Part shown: piece by piece, positions 1-9,174 of the stretch
Layout of the letters: the number at the start of each line of letters is the position of its first letter
Position numbering within the stretch: position 1 is the first letter of the stretch
NCBI GenBank assembly: GCA_044220615.1
Contig: JBGAQR010000005.1
Location: forward strand, 309,974-373,973
Reading direction: 5' to 3'
DNA length: 64,000 nucleotides
Source of the DNA: Ferruginibacter sp.
Lineage (GTDB): Bacteria; Bacteroidota; Bacteroidia; Chitinophagales; Chitinophagaceae
Notes under the pieces: model-generated
Databases searched by the model: none
The model's input: only the letters and a program-made list of their open reading frames with translations
What the model was told of the DNA's origin: nothing
Translations under genes and position numbers: made by a program

Positions 1-19
1 ATATCGCTGATGAGCGATA

Positions 20-115
20 AAACCTATAAGGTTTAATCACAGTCTTTATAATATAGTTTACTCTGAGAAGTTAACACTCTTTTTAACGCAGGTACTTTAC
101 AAACCTTATAGGTTT
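20..115. repeat. Inverted pair of the 15-mer hairpin word AAACCTATAAGGTTT (20-34) and AAACCTTATAGGTTT (101-115) upstream of dinB
   Basis: The two 15-mers are exact reverse complements. Each is itself a 5-bp stem (AAACC/GGTTT). The second ends 5 nt before the dinB ATG. Confidence 0.8.
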
Positions 116-120
116 AACTT

Positions 121-1272
121 ATGAAAGAACCCCGCCGCATCATAGCGCATTTTGACCTCGACTCGTTTTTTGTTTCGGTGGAGATATTGAACAATCCCTC
201 ACTAAAAGGCAAGCCTGTAATTGTGGGAGGCAGGGAGAGAGGCGTAGTGGCTGCATGCAGTTATGAAGCCCGTGCCTTTGGTATTCATTCCGGTATGCCT
301 TCCAAAAAAGCATTGCAGCTTTGCCCCCAGTTAATTGTTTCCAACAGTTCCCGTGCCGATTACAGCCGCTATAGTCGATGGGTAACACAGATCATTGCTG
401 CCAAAGCGCCGCTGTTTGAAAAAGCATCGGTAGACGAATTTTATATCGACCTCACCGGCATGGAAAAATTCTTTAAGCCGCTGCAATGGACCATCAACCT
501 GCGGCAGGAGATCATTGATGAAACTCATTTGCCCATATCTTTCGGGCTGGCCAGTAATAAGATGATGGCCAAGATCGCCACCAATGAGGCCAAGCCCAAT
601 GGATATTTACAGATCCCTTACGGAAAAGAAAAAGAATTCCTGGCGCCTTTGCCGGTAAATAAAATTCCGGGGGTGGGCGATCACACCTACGAGATACTGA
701 GATCAATGGGCATCATTACCATCAGGAATGTGAGCGAAAGAACACCCGAAGAACTGGAAGAACGGCTTGGTAAATGGGGAGCCGATCTCTGGCAAAAAAG
801 CCAGGGAATACATAACCGGGAAGTAACCCAGTATCACGAAGCAAAATCCGTTTCATCCGAAAATACCTTCAATGAGAATAAGACCGATATGCGGTTTTTG
901 AAAAGCGAACTGGTTCGGCTTACCGAAAAGATCGCTTTCGAACTGAGGCAGGATGGAAAAGTGGCCGGTTGCGTAGCGGTTAAAATAAGATACCCGGATT
1001 TTGAGACCACCTCCCGCCAAACCACCATCCCCTACACCTGCGCCGATGATGAGATCATACCGGTGGTGAAGGAACTGTTTGATAAATTATACCATAAAGG
1101 CGAACCGGTAAGATTGCTTGGCGTACGGTTGAGTGAATTAACAAACGACGCCATTCAGACCAACCTGTTTGATGACGTGGAAAAGAAGAACGACCTGTAC
1201 AAAGCCATCGATAATGTTAAAAACCGTTTTGGGAAAAATTTGCTTACCCGGGCCTCTTCTAATAAAAAATAA
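121..1272 (+). CDS. dinB: DNA polymerase IV (Y-family translesion polymerase)
   Basis: 383-aa ORF with Y-family motifs IAHFDLDSFFVSVE and SVDEFYIDLT. Length is typical of DinB. Confidence 0.9.
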   Translation: MKEPRRIIAHFDLDSFFVSVEILNNPSLKGKPVIVGGRERGVVAACSYEARAFGIHSGMPSKKALQLCPQLIVSNSSRADYSRYSRWVTQIIAAKAPLFEKASVDEFYIDLTGMEKFFKPLQWTINLRQEIIDETHLPISFGLASNKMMAKIATNEAKPNGYLQIPYGKEKEFLAPLPVNKIPGVGDHTYEILRSMGIITIRNVSERTPEELEERLGKWGADLWQKSQGIHNREVTQYHEAKSVSSENTFNENKTDMRFLKSELVRLTEKIAFELRQDGKVAGCVAVKIRYPDFETTSRQTTIPYTCADDEIIPVVKELFDKLYHKGEPVRLLGVRLSELTNDAIQTNLFDDVEKKNDLYKAIDNVKNRFGKNLLTRASSNKK

Positions 1273-1315
1273 GATTGTACTTTCATAAGCTCTTACACAC
1301 TTAAAATTTATCACT

Positions 1316-1951
1316 ATGAGTTTACGATTAGGGGATATTGCTCCCAACTTCAAAGCAAAAACTTCGGTGGGCGAAATTGACTTTTATGAATACTTAGGTG
1401 ATTCATGGGGCATCTTGTTTTCTCACCCGGCAGATTACACACCTGTTTGTACTACCGAACTCGGGCGTACTGCTTTACTGAAAGACGAATTTGCCAAACG
1501 CAATGTAAAAGTGCTGGCATTAAGTGTTGATCCCGTGGATAAACATTTAAGCTGGATCAGCGATATCAATGAAACACAGAATTGCAGCGTGGAATTCCCG
1601 ATCATTGCTGATGACGACAGGAAGGTTGCTGAGCTATACGATTTCATTCATCCCAATGCATCGGCAACAGCAACCGTTCGTTCGCTGGTGGTCCTTGGTC
1701 CGGATAAAGCCGTAAAACTGATCATCACTTACCCGGCATCTACCGGAAGAAATTTTGTAGAGGTATTGCGGGTGGTAGACTCTCTGCAACTCACCGCCAA
1801 CTACAGTGTGGCTACGCCGGCTAACTGGGCCGAAGGCGAAAGGGTGATTGTGGTACCTGCGGTAAGTACCGAAGATGCCATTAAAAAATTCCCGAAAGGA
1901 GTGGAGATCGTAAAACCTTATCTGCGTTATACACCGCAACCAAATATTTAG
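1316..1951 (+). CDS. 1-Cys peroxiredoxin (Prx6-like)
   Basis: 211 aa. Peroxidatic site HPADYTPVCTTE. Length and C-terminal extension fit the 1-Cys Prx class. Confidence 0.88.
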   Translation: MSLRLGDIAPNFKAKTSVGEIDFYEYLGDSWGILFSHPADYTPVCTTELGRTALLKDEFAKRNVKVLALSVDPVDKHLSWISDINETQNCSVEFPIIADDDRKVAELYDFIHPNASATATVRSLVVLGPDKAVKLIITYPASTGRNFVEVLRVVDSLQLTANYSVATPANWAEGERVIVVPAVSTEDAIKKFPKGVEIVKPYLRYTPQPNI

Positions 1952-2000
1952 TACCGGTCGGGGACGCTTGAGCTGCCTGGCCTTTTATCTTCTTACATAT

Positions 2001-2032
2001 AAACCTATAGGGCTTTAAAACCTTATAGGTTT
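2001..2032. repeat. Two more copies of the AAACCTATAGG / AAACCTTATAGGTTT word between convergent genes
   Basis: 2018-2032 is identical to 101-115. 2001-2011 is a partial copy. The TAA stop of the minus-strand gene (2023-2025) lies inside the word. Confidence 0.8.
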
Positions 2033-2742
2033 TTTCTTAGCTGCTGGAGCAAGGCCCTTATATCTTTTGGAAGTTCTGCCTGCAGGTCGATGACCGTTCC
2101 ATCCGCATCGGTAAACTTCAGCCGTCCCGAATGCAGGGCCAGCCTGTTCAGCATTGGGCGCTCTTCCTCATCGTGTTTACTTAGCTTGAATTTCTTTTTT
2201 AAGGAAGAAAGAAGGATGGGTTTGCCATCGCCATATAATTCATCACAGGCAAGCGGATGACCCATGTTCTTGCAGTGAACCCGTATCTGGTGTGTGCGCC
2301 CGGTATGCAGTTGAAATTGCAGCAGCGAAAAATATTTAAGGTCCTCCATCACTTCATAATCGGTTACCGAAGGTTTTCCCTTGCGGTGAACAACCATCAG
2401 TCCTTTTTGAGTTGGATGTTCGCTGATGGGTGCATCAAGGGTCCCTTTTTTTTCAGCCAGGGATCCATGCACCAGTCCTATATAATATTTTTCAATTTTT
2501 CTTTCTTCAAATAGTTGAGAAAAATATTTATGAGCTGCTTCTGTTTTGGCAAACAGGATGATGCCACTGGTATCCTTATCCAACCGGTGAACGGTGTAAA
2601 TACTTCCGTATTTTGCCAGCAGTATATCCTTTAATGAGGTTTGGGTTTGTTCCCTGTCGGGGATCGACAAAAGGCCTGCCGGTTTATTTATTGCAATGAA
2701 AGAATCATTTTCAAAAATGATCTCAGGGTTCAGTTTTTTCAC
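2023..2742 (-). CDS. RluA-family pseudouridine synthase (no S4 domain)
   Basis: 239 aa. Catalytic-Asp motif HRLDKDTSGIILFAK and the HQIRVH motif. Confidence 0.85.
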   Translation of the reverse strand: MKKLNPEIIFENDSFIAINKPAGLLSIPDREQTQTSLKDILLAKYGSIYTVHRLDKDTSGIILFAKTEAAHKYFSQLFEERKIEKYYIGLVHGSLAEKKGTLDAPISEHPTQKGLMVVHRKGKPSVTDYEVMEDLKYFSLLQFQLHTGRTHQIRVHCKNMGHPLACDELYGDGKPILLSSLKKKFKLSKHDEEERPMLNRLALHSGRLKFTDADGTVIDLQAELPKDIRALLQQLRKNL

Positions 2743-3766
2743 TCACTTTCCTTTTTGAAGCGTTCATGTATTTAAGTAGCCTGATCTCTTTTTCGCTCAG
2801 GTGACGCCACTTGCTTCGCTCCACATTTTTTTTGGTGAGGTTGGCATACATCACCCGGTCGAGCCCCTTCACATCATAACCCAGGTGTTCAAATATGCGG
2901 CGCACAATACGGTTACGGCCGCTGTGCAGTTCAATGCCGATGATGGATTTGTCTTTGCTGTCGGCATAAGCCAGGCTGTCAACATGTATCATCCCGTCTT
3001 CCAGTTTCAATCCTTTTAAGATCTTATCAAAATCCGCTTTTGCCAGGGGCTTATCCAGTTTTGCTTCATAGATCTTTTTTATCTCGTAGCTGGGGTGCGA
3101 TAGCTTTTGTGTAAGGTCGCCGTCATTGGTGAGCAGCAAAACACCCGATGTGTTCCGGTCGAGCCGGCCAATGGGGTATACCCTTTCGGTAGTGGCATTT
3201 TTTATAAGTTGCAATACCGTCTTTCTTCCCTGCGGATCATCGGTGGTGGTAAGGTAATCTTTTGGTTTGTTCAGTAATATGTACACCAGGTTCTTGGTCA
3301 CAAATAATTTCTTGCCGTTGAAGACGACTTCATCGGTTGACTGAACTTTATATCCTGGTTCAATATTTATTTTCCCATTCACTTTTACTTTACTGCCTGT
3401 TATCAATGCTACGGCATCCCTCCTGGAACATATTCCACAATGCGCCAGGAATTTGTTGAGGGGCATGGAAGCGAAGGCTTCTTGTTTGGAGTTAGTCCCG
3501 CCTGAGGCGGGATGAGGTTTATGGTTTGTGCTTCGGCTATGCTCAGCATGAGTTTGAGGTTTGGAGCCGCCTTTAGCCGGTTTGATATTACTGGCTGCGG
3601 GCTTACCCGTTTTCTTCGCCTGCCTCGCCAGGTACTCTTCTTCTTTTTTCTTTTCAAAGAAGGCATTCCGTTCTTTACGGTATTTTTTCTTTTGCTGGCG
3701 TAACTCTTCTTTTACAACGCTGTTCTTCTTCTTAGCAACAAATTTCTGGAAAGGGGCCTGGCTCAT
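2723..3766 (-). CDS. rluB: RsuA/RluB-family pseudouridine synthase with S4 domain and a ~100-aa Lys/Arg-rich N-terminal extension
   Basis: 347 aa. S4-like LNKFLAHCGICSRRDA, catalytic PIGRLDRNTSGVLLLTNDG, and GRNRIVRRIFE. Overlaps the downstream synthase gene by 20 nt. Confidence 0.8.
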   Translation of the reverse strand: MSQAPFQKFVAKKKNSVVKEELRQQKKKYRKERNAFFEKKKEEEYLARQAKKTGKPAASNIKPAKGGSKPQTHAEHSRSTNHKPHPASGGTNSKQEAFASMPLNKFLAHCGICSRRDAVALITGSKVKVNGKINIEPGYKVQSTDEVVFNGKKLFVTKNLVYILLNKPKDYLTTTDDPQGRKTVLQLIKNATTERVYPIGRLDRNTSGVLLLTNDGDLTQKLSHPSYEIKKIYEAKLDKPLAKADFDKILKGLKLEDGMIHVDSLAYADSKDKSIIGIELHSGRNRIVRRIFEHLGYDVKGLDRVMYANLTKKNVERSKWRHLSEKEIRLLKYMNASKRKVSEKTEP

Positions 3767-3858
3767 GAGCGAAAGTGTTTTACTGTTATTTCAACAGGAG
3801 TGAGGGGCAAAGATACTGTTTTACTGCCGGTAAGAAGTCTGCTGGCAAAAGAAAACTG

Positions 3859-4089
3859 TTACAGGGTGTCCTTTTTGGGTTGCTCCATACTATTCAATTC
3901 CTGTTTTACACGGTTATGTCTTCTTATCTGCATATTGCGCCGGTGCATTCTTATACCATCTCTTTTTGGCTGTTGCCTCTTTAAAGAGATTGTGGTTGCA
4001 TGAATTGGTCTTCGAGTTCCGGGTCTCTGTGCACTGGTATAAAGAGGGAAAATGATCAGTGTTATCAAGGTGAATAATACGTATTTCAT
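3859..4089 (-). CDS. Hypothetical small secreted, very basic protein (76 aa)
   Basis: ATG start. Signal-peptide-like MKYVLFTLITLIIFPLYTSAQ followed by an Arg/Lys/Gln-rich tail. Same strand as both neighbours in an otherwise empty ~400-bp gap. No family recognised. Confidence 0.3.
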   Translation of the reverse strand: MKYVLFTLITLIIFPLYTSAQRPGTRRPIHATTISLKRQQPKRDGIRMHRRNMQIRRHNRVKQELNSMEQPKKDTL

Positions 4090-4163
4090 AGCAGTGATCT
4101 TTGGTGAACTTCACTGACTGCTGAATAGCGCTGTGGTTTAACGTATTTATAGCTGTCCGGAAT

Positions 4164-5204
4164 TTATTTTTTATTTGCCAGTTGCCCGCAGGCCGCATCA
4201 ATGTCCTTACCACGGCTTCTGCGCAGGCGTACATTCACCCGGTGTTTGGCTAAATAATCGGTGAACTGCTGGGTTTTATCCTCATCGGGTTTCATAAAGG
4301 AGGCATTATCGATGGGATTGTATTCAATAACGTTGATAAGATGAGTAGGTATCTGCCGGTATATTTTGATCAGGTCGTTGGCATCTTCAATGGAATCATT
4401 CACGTCTTTGAATAAAATGTATTCCAGGGTGATGTCGTTCTTGGTTTGCTCATAAAAATAATTCAGCGCTTCTATCAGCACTTCAATACTATTGCTTTCG
4501 TTGATGGGCATGATGGCATCCCGTTTTGCATCACTGGCAGCATGCAATGAAAGCGCCAGGTTAAAGCGTACCTTATCATCGCCCAATTGCCTGATCTGTT
4601 TGGCCACACCGGCGGTGGAAACGGTTATCCGCTTCGGGCTCATACCCATGCCGTCGTTTGAAGTGATTCGTTCAATTGCTTGCAATACATTCTTATAATT
4701 GAGCAATGGCTCGCCCATACCCATGAAAACAATATTGGTGAGTTTGGTGCCGTATACTTTTTCGCTCTGCTGGTTCAGTAAAGCCACCTGGTCGTATATC
4801 TCATCAAAATTGAGGTTACGTTTGCGGTCCATATAACCCGTTGCACAGAATTTACAGCTCAGGCTGCAACCGATCTGCGATGATACGCAGGCGGTCTGTC
4901 TTTTTTCTGTTGGTATCAAAACCCCTTCCACAAAATGACCATCAAAGGTTTTGAACCTTGATTTTACAGTACCATCGCCGCTCAGCTGGTTGGTATCAAC
5001 CGTAATGGCAGGCAGTGAAAAGTTCTCCGCCAGTTTTTGCCGCAGTTCCTTGGAAAGATTGCTCATATCATCAAAGCTCTGGGCATTCTTCTTCCATATC
5101 CATTCGTAGGTTTGAATGGCACGGAATTTTTTATCGCCGATGGATTCAAAATATTCCTTCAGTTCGGGCAGGCTCAGGGTGCGTATATTTTTAACTGCGG
5201 TCAT
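4164..5204 (-). CDS. rlmN: 23S rRNA/tRNA A2503/A37 C2-methyltransferase, radical SAM
   Basis: Radical-SAM CSLSCKFCATG plus MGMGEPL and the C-terminal DIDAACGQL motif. I trimmed the start to MTAVKNIRTL (ATG at 5204), because the longer ORF runs into the divergent neighbour. Confidence 0.9.
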   Translation of the reverse strand: MTAVKNIRTLSLPELKEYFESIGDKKFRAIQTYEWIWKKNAQSFDDMSNLSKELRQKLAENFSLPAITVDTNQLSGDGTVKSRFKTFDGHFVEGVLIPTEKRQTACVSSQIGCSLSCKFCATGYMDRKRNLNFDEIYDQVALLNQQSEKVYGTKLTNIVFMGMGEPLLNYKNVLQAIERITSNDGMGMSPKRITVSTAGVAKQIRQLGDDKVRFNLALSLHAASDAKRDAIMPINESNSIEVLIEALNYFYEQTKNDITLEYILFKDVNDSIEDANDLIKIYRQIPTHLINVIEYNPIDNASFMKPDEDKTQQFTDYLAKHRVNVRLRRSRGKDIDAACGQLANKK

Positions 5205-5300
5205 GTTGCAAAGGTACTTCGTATTACCCTTATATCCATTCGTCAAAAGGTTTGGCAGGAATGAGTAAAAAAAATGTAGCTTCCATAAACATATTATCCC

Positions 5301-6407
5301 ATGCGTAAGTACCTTCTTTTGCTCGTAATCTTCTCCTACTCCTGCAGCAGTTGCAATTCTGCTCCCGGAAAAAAAGTTTCTGCTGATACGCCTGCCGATT
5401 CGGTCCGAACACTTAAAAGCGGCCTCAATTATCCCTGGGAAATCCTCTGGGGTAAAGACGATCATATCTGGATGACAGAGCGGGGAGGTAAGATCAGTAA
5501 GGTTGATCCCAAAACAGGCGCAACTGTTTTTTCTGCATCCATTGCCGAAGTGGTCAGCAAAAGCGAGGGCGGGTTACTTGGTATGGTGCAGCATCCCGAT
5601 TTTTTAAGCAACGGCTTGTTTTACGTAGTATATAATTACCGGGCTGGCGGCGAATACCTGGAGAAACTGGTACAGATGAAATTTGAGAACGGAACCATGC
5701 GGCCGGTAAAAACAATTTTAGAGAATATTCCGGCCGCCAATTTTCATAACGGGTCAAGACTTTTAATTTCCGTGGGAAATAATCCCAAACTGTTTATGAC
5801 AACCGGTGATGCAACGGTTAAGCCCAATGCCCAGCTTGTATCATCTGTTTCAGGAAAAGTATTGCGCTTTAACCTGGATGGAAGCATCCCTGCCGATAAC
5901 CCTTTTTCTAATTCACCGGTATGGAGTTACGGGCACCGGAATCAACAAGGCCTGGTAATGGTGAATGGGATCATGTATGCCAGTGAACACGGGCCCGATG
6001 TTGAAGACGAAGTGAACATCATTGAAAAGAGCCGCAACTATGGATGGCCATCGGTGAATGGCCCCTGCAACCAGGTGGATGAGATCAGTTTTTGCAGCGT
6101 TGCCAATGTAAAGGAACCCATCTGGAGCAGCGGCAGCAGCACACTTGCTGTTTGCGGGCTCGACTACTACAATAGCACCCGCATACCACAATGGAAGAAT
6201 TGTTTGCTGATGCTTACGCTGAAGGATGCCAGCCTGCGGGCGCTTAAGCTGAATGCGGATGGCAAAACGGTTGTTGGGCAGCAGACTTATTTTAAAAACC
6301 GTTTTGGCCGGCTCAGGGATATCTGCATCTCACCGGCAGGTACTGTATACATTTGCACCAGCAACGGAAGTAACGGAGATCTGTTGCTGGAAATATCTAA
6401 ACTTTAG
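5301..6407 (+). CDS. PQQ-dependent sugar (glucose/sorbosone) dehydrogenase-like beta-propeller lipoprotein
   Basis: 368 aa. Lipobox-like MRKYLLLLVIFSYSCSSC. Motifs GLLGMVQHPDF, YGHRNQQGL and NYGWP are typical of the soluble YliI/sorbosone dehydrogenase family. Confidence 0.75.
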   Translation: MRKYLLLLVIFSYSCSSCNSAPGKKVSADTPADSVRTLKSGLNYPWEILWGKDDHIWMTERGGKISKVDPKTGATVFSASIAEVVSKSEGGLLGMVQHPDFLSNGLFYVVYNYRAGGEYLEKLVQMKFENGTMRPVKTILENIPAANFHNGSRLLISVGNNPKLFMTTGDATVKPNAQLVSSVSGKVLRFNLDGSIPADNPFSNSPVWSYGHRNQQGLVMVNGIMYASEHGPDVEDEVNIIEKSRNYGWPSVNGPCNQVDEISFCSVANVKEPIWSSGSSTLAVCGLDYYNSTRIPQWKNCLLMLTLKDASLRALKLNADGKTVVGQQTYFKNRFGRLRDICISPAGTVYICTSNGSNGDLLLEISKL

Positions 6408-6487
6408 CCTCTATATTTGTGTTGTTAAGAAGGTACGGTATTGTTCTGCTGTACAAGAGTCCAGGGCCCGACTAATAAAAACAGACT

Positions 6488-7681
6488 ATGCAAACAGTTT
6501 ATGTAATTGATGCGGTACGTACCCCTATCGGAAAATATGGAGGTTCTTTGAGCGGGGTGAGACCGGATGACCTGCTGGCGCATGTAATTAAAGTGCTGCT
6601 GAGCCGTAACCCCAGCATTGATGTAAATGCCATTGAAGATGTGATTGCCGGCGCTGCCAACCAAAGCGGGGAAGATAACCGCAATGTGGCCCGTATGGCG
6701 GCATTGCTGGCGGGCTTACCAAATACGGTGGCGGGTAATACGGTGAACCGGCTTTGTGCCAGCGGATTGCAGGCCATTATGGATGCGGCCCGTGCCGTTG
6801 CCTGCGGTGATGGTGACCTGTTCATCGCCTGCGGCGTGGAGAGTATGAGCCGGGCACCCTTTGTGGTTCCTAAAAGTAACAGCGCTTTTGCAAGAGATCC
6901 GCAGATCGCTGATACAACCCTGGGCTGGCGTTTTGTAAATAAGCGGCTTGCCGAAATGTATTATCCCTACACCATGGGCGAAACAGCAGAGAATGTTGCC
7001 AAACGCTGGAACATCAGTCGACATGCGCAGGATGAGTTTGCATTGGAAAGCCAGCGTAAATACGAACGTGCCCTGGCAGAAAATAAATGGAAGGATGAAA
7101 TAACCCCGGTGCAGGTTCAGATAGAAAAAGAAGTGTTTGATTTTGATAAGGATGAACATCCCCGTTTAACAAGTTTAGAGAAACTGAAATTATTAAAACC
7201 TGCCTTTGCCAAAGACGGAACCGTTACTGCCGGCAACAGCAGTGGCATCAATGACGGGGCAGCCGCTATGTTGCTTGCCAGCGAAGCGGCAGTGATAAAA
7301 TACGGACTGCAGCCCATGGCAAAAATTGTAAGCATGGCGGTAGTGGGTGTTGATCCCGCCATCATGGGTATTGGCCCGGTGCCGGCTACCAACAAAGCAT
7401 TGGAAAGAGCAAAACTGAATGTGACCGACCTCGACCTGATAGAACTGAATGAAGCGTTTGCCTCACAATCCATTGCCTGCATACATGATCTTGGGTTAGA
7501 CCTGGAGAAAGTAAATGTGAATGGAGGAGCGATTGCACTTGGGCATCCGTTGGGGTGCAGCGGTGTTCGGATATCCACCACCTTACTTCATGAATTGAAA
7601 AGACGAAAAGGAAAATACGGGTTGGCTACGATGTGTGTGGGAGTGGGGCAAGGGGCTGCGGTTATTTATGAAGGGTTATAA
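6488..7681 (+). CDS. Acetyl-CoA C-acyl/acetyltransferase (thiolase)
   Basis: 397 aa. Active-site Cys NRLCASGLQA. C-terminal GGAIALGHPLGCSG and CVGVGQG. Confidence 0.9.
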   Translation: MQTVYVIDAVRTPIGKYGGSLSGVRPDDLLAHVIKVLLSRNPSIDVNAIEDVIAGAANQSGEDNRNVARMAALLAGLPNTVAGNTVNRLCASGLQAIMDAARAVACGDGDLFIACGVESMSRAPFVVPKSNSAFARDPQIADTTLGWRFVNKRLAEMYYPYTMGETAENVAKRWNISRHAQDEFALESQRKYERALAENKWKDEITPVQVQIEKEVFDFDKDEHPRLTSLEKLKLLKPAFAKDGTVTAGNSSGINDGAAAMLLASEAAVIKYGLQPMAKIVSMAVVGVDPAIMGIGPVPATNKALERAKLNVTDLDLIELNEAFASQSIACIHDLGLDLEKVNVNGGAIALGHPLGCSGVRISTTLLHELKRRKGKYGLATMCVGVGQGAAVIYEGL

Positions 7682-7709
7682 GGGTTCAATTAATCTCTAA
7701 CTAAAACTG

Positions 7710-7785
7710 TTGTCAGGTTGAGCTTGTCGAAACCGGTATGAGTATAAAGCGTTTTTAACCCGCCTTCGACAAGCTCAGGCTGACA
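7710..7785. terminator. REP-like inverted repeat TGTCAGGYTGAGCTTGTCGAA between convergent thiolase and hisS genes; probable bidirectional terminator
   Basis: Left arm at 7711-7733 and right arm at 7763-7785. The arms are complementary at about 19 of 23 positions, with a ~29-nt loop. Confidence 0.6.
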
Positions 7786-7804
7786 TTTCATTTGAAAAGG
7801 GGAG

Positions 7805-9172
7805 CTACAAATTCTTCAGGTAGTCAACCAGTTTTTCAAGCGCAACAACTTCCTGTACGCCTGTAGCCAGGTTTTTTACTGAACAATTCTTCTCTTCCAT
7901 TTCCTTACTGCCGATGATTATTACAAAAGGAATGTTTTTCTTTTCAGCATAAATGAATTGCTTATTGATCTTCACATTTTCGTGGTATAATTCACAGGCA
8001 ATGCCGCTGCTTCGGAGTTGTTGCATGATGCCGAAAGCAAAGCGGCTTTCTGCTTCACCCATATTAAAGAACAGTGCTTTTGTGCTTACCTGTAAATTCT
8101 CCGGGAACAGGTTCATTTCTTCCAGCACATCATATATCCTGTCTACGCCGAATGAGATACCAACTCCCGGGATATTGGGTACGCCGAATAAACCGGTAAG
8201 GTCATCGTAACGGCCGCCGCCGCCAATGCTGCCCATCTTTACTTCCTCAGGCGCTTTTGCTTCAAAGATGATACCCGTGTAATAATTCAATCCCCTTGCC
8301 AATGTAAAGTCGATGATGAGATTTGTATTTTTTGTTTGATCAAATACAAATTCCACTTCTTCAATTCCCTGCCTGCCGCTTTCTATTGAGCCGATCAAAG
8401 ACCGGATCGCCGATAGTTTTTGTTCGTTGCTTCCGGAAATGCTGAGATAGCGTTCAATTGTTTTTACCTGTTCATTATTCAAGCCACGTTGCTGCAGTTC
8501 TTCTTTTACTTTATCAAGCCCGATCTTATCCAGCTTATCAATGGCAATGGTGATTTCTGTCATCTTATCTGCACCGCCGCATAATTCAGCAAGCGCTGTT
8601 AAGATCTTACGGCTGTTAATTCTTAATTCATATTTCTTAATCCCCAACTGCACAAACACTTCGTGATAAATATTAGCCAGCTCCACTTCATTCACTAAGG
8701 AAAGACTTCCCACCACATCGGCATCGCATTGTGTAAACTCACGGTAGCGGCCCTTTTGCGGACGATCGGCACGCCATACCGGCTGGATCTGGTAGCGCCG
8801 GAACGGGAATGTGAGTTTGGTATGATTCATTGCCACATAGCGGGCAAAGGGAATGGTGAGATCGTACTTTAATGCTCTTTCAGTAATACCCTTTGTATTC
8901 TTCCCCTGCAATACTTTCTCAAAATCTTCTCTTAGTTGTTTCTCTTTTTCTGGATTATCCAGTCCGTTGTTCAGAATCTTGAAAATAAGTTTGTCGCCTT
9001 CTTCTCCATATTTCCCCATCAGTGTTTCCATATTTTCCATGGCCGGTGTTTCCAGCGGTTGAAAACCGTAGAGTTCAAATACATTTCTTATCGTAGAAAA
9101 AATATAATTCCTCTTTCGTACAACTTCTGCAGAAAAATCTCTTGTGCCCTGTGGAATGGATGGTTTGGTCAT
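7805..9172 (-). CDS. hisS: Histidine--tRNA ligase
   Basis: Motifs PQGTRDF, RYREFTQCDADV and GGGGRYD. Start set to MTKPSIPQGT (ATG at 9172). The 14 upstream codons of the ORF read through a repeat arm. Confidence 0.9.
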   Translation of the reverse strand: MTKPSIPQGTRDFSAEVVRKRNYIFSTIRNVFELYGFQPLETPAMENMETLMGKYGEEGDKLIFKILNNGLDNPEKEKQLREDFEKVLQGKNTKGITERALKYDLTIPFARYVAMNHTKLTFPFRRYQIQPVWRADRPQKGRYREFTQCDADVVGSLSLVNEVELANIYHEVFVQLGIKKYELRINSRKILTALAELCGGADKMTEITIAIDKLDKIGLDKVKEELQQRGLNNEQVKTIERYLSISGSNEQKLSAIRSLIGSIESGRQGIEEVEFVFDQTKNTNLIIDFTLARGLNYYTGIIFEAKAPEEVKMGSIGGGGRYDDLTGLFGVPNIPGVGISFGVDRIYDVLEEMNLFPENLQVSTKALFFNMGEAESRFAFGIMQQLRSSGIACELYHENVKINKQFIYAEKKNIPFVIIIGSKEMEEKNCSVKNLATGVQEVVALEKLVDYLKNL

Positions 9173-9174
9173 AT

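Noticed and set aside
3775-4234. Plus-strand ORFs 3775-3984 and 3800-4003, and minus-strand ORF 3914-4234, in the rluB-rlmN gap
   Set aside because: They are mutually overlapping and low-complexity, have no signal or motif, and one runs into rlmN. Only the co-oriented ORF at 3859-4089, which has a signal peptide, seemed worth listing, and that at low confidence.
5205-5465. 87-codon N-terminal extension of the rlmN ORF that overlaps the start of the divergent dehydrogenase gene
   Set aside because: The conserved RlmN N-terminus begins at MTAVKNIRTL (ATG 5204). The extension has no homology-like features and would overlap the neighbour's start.
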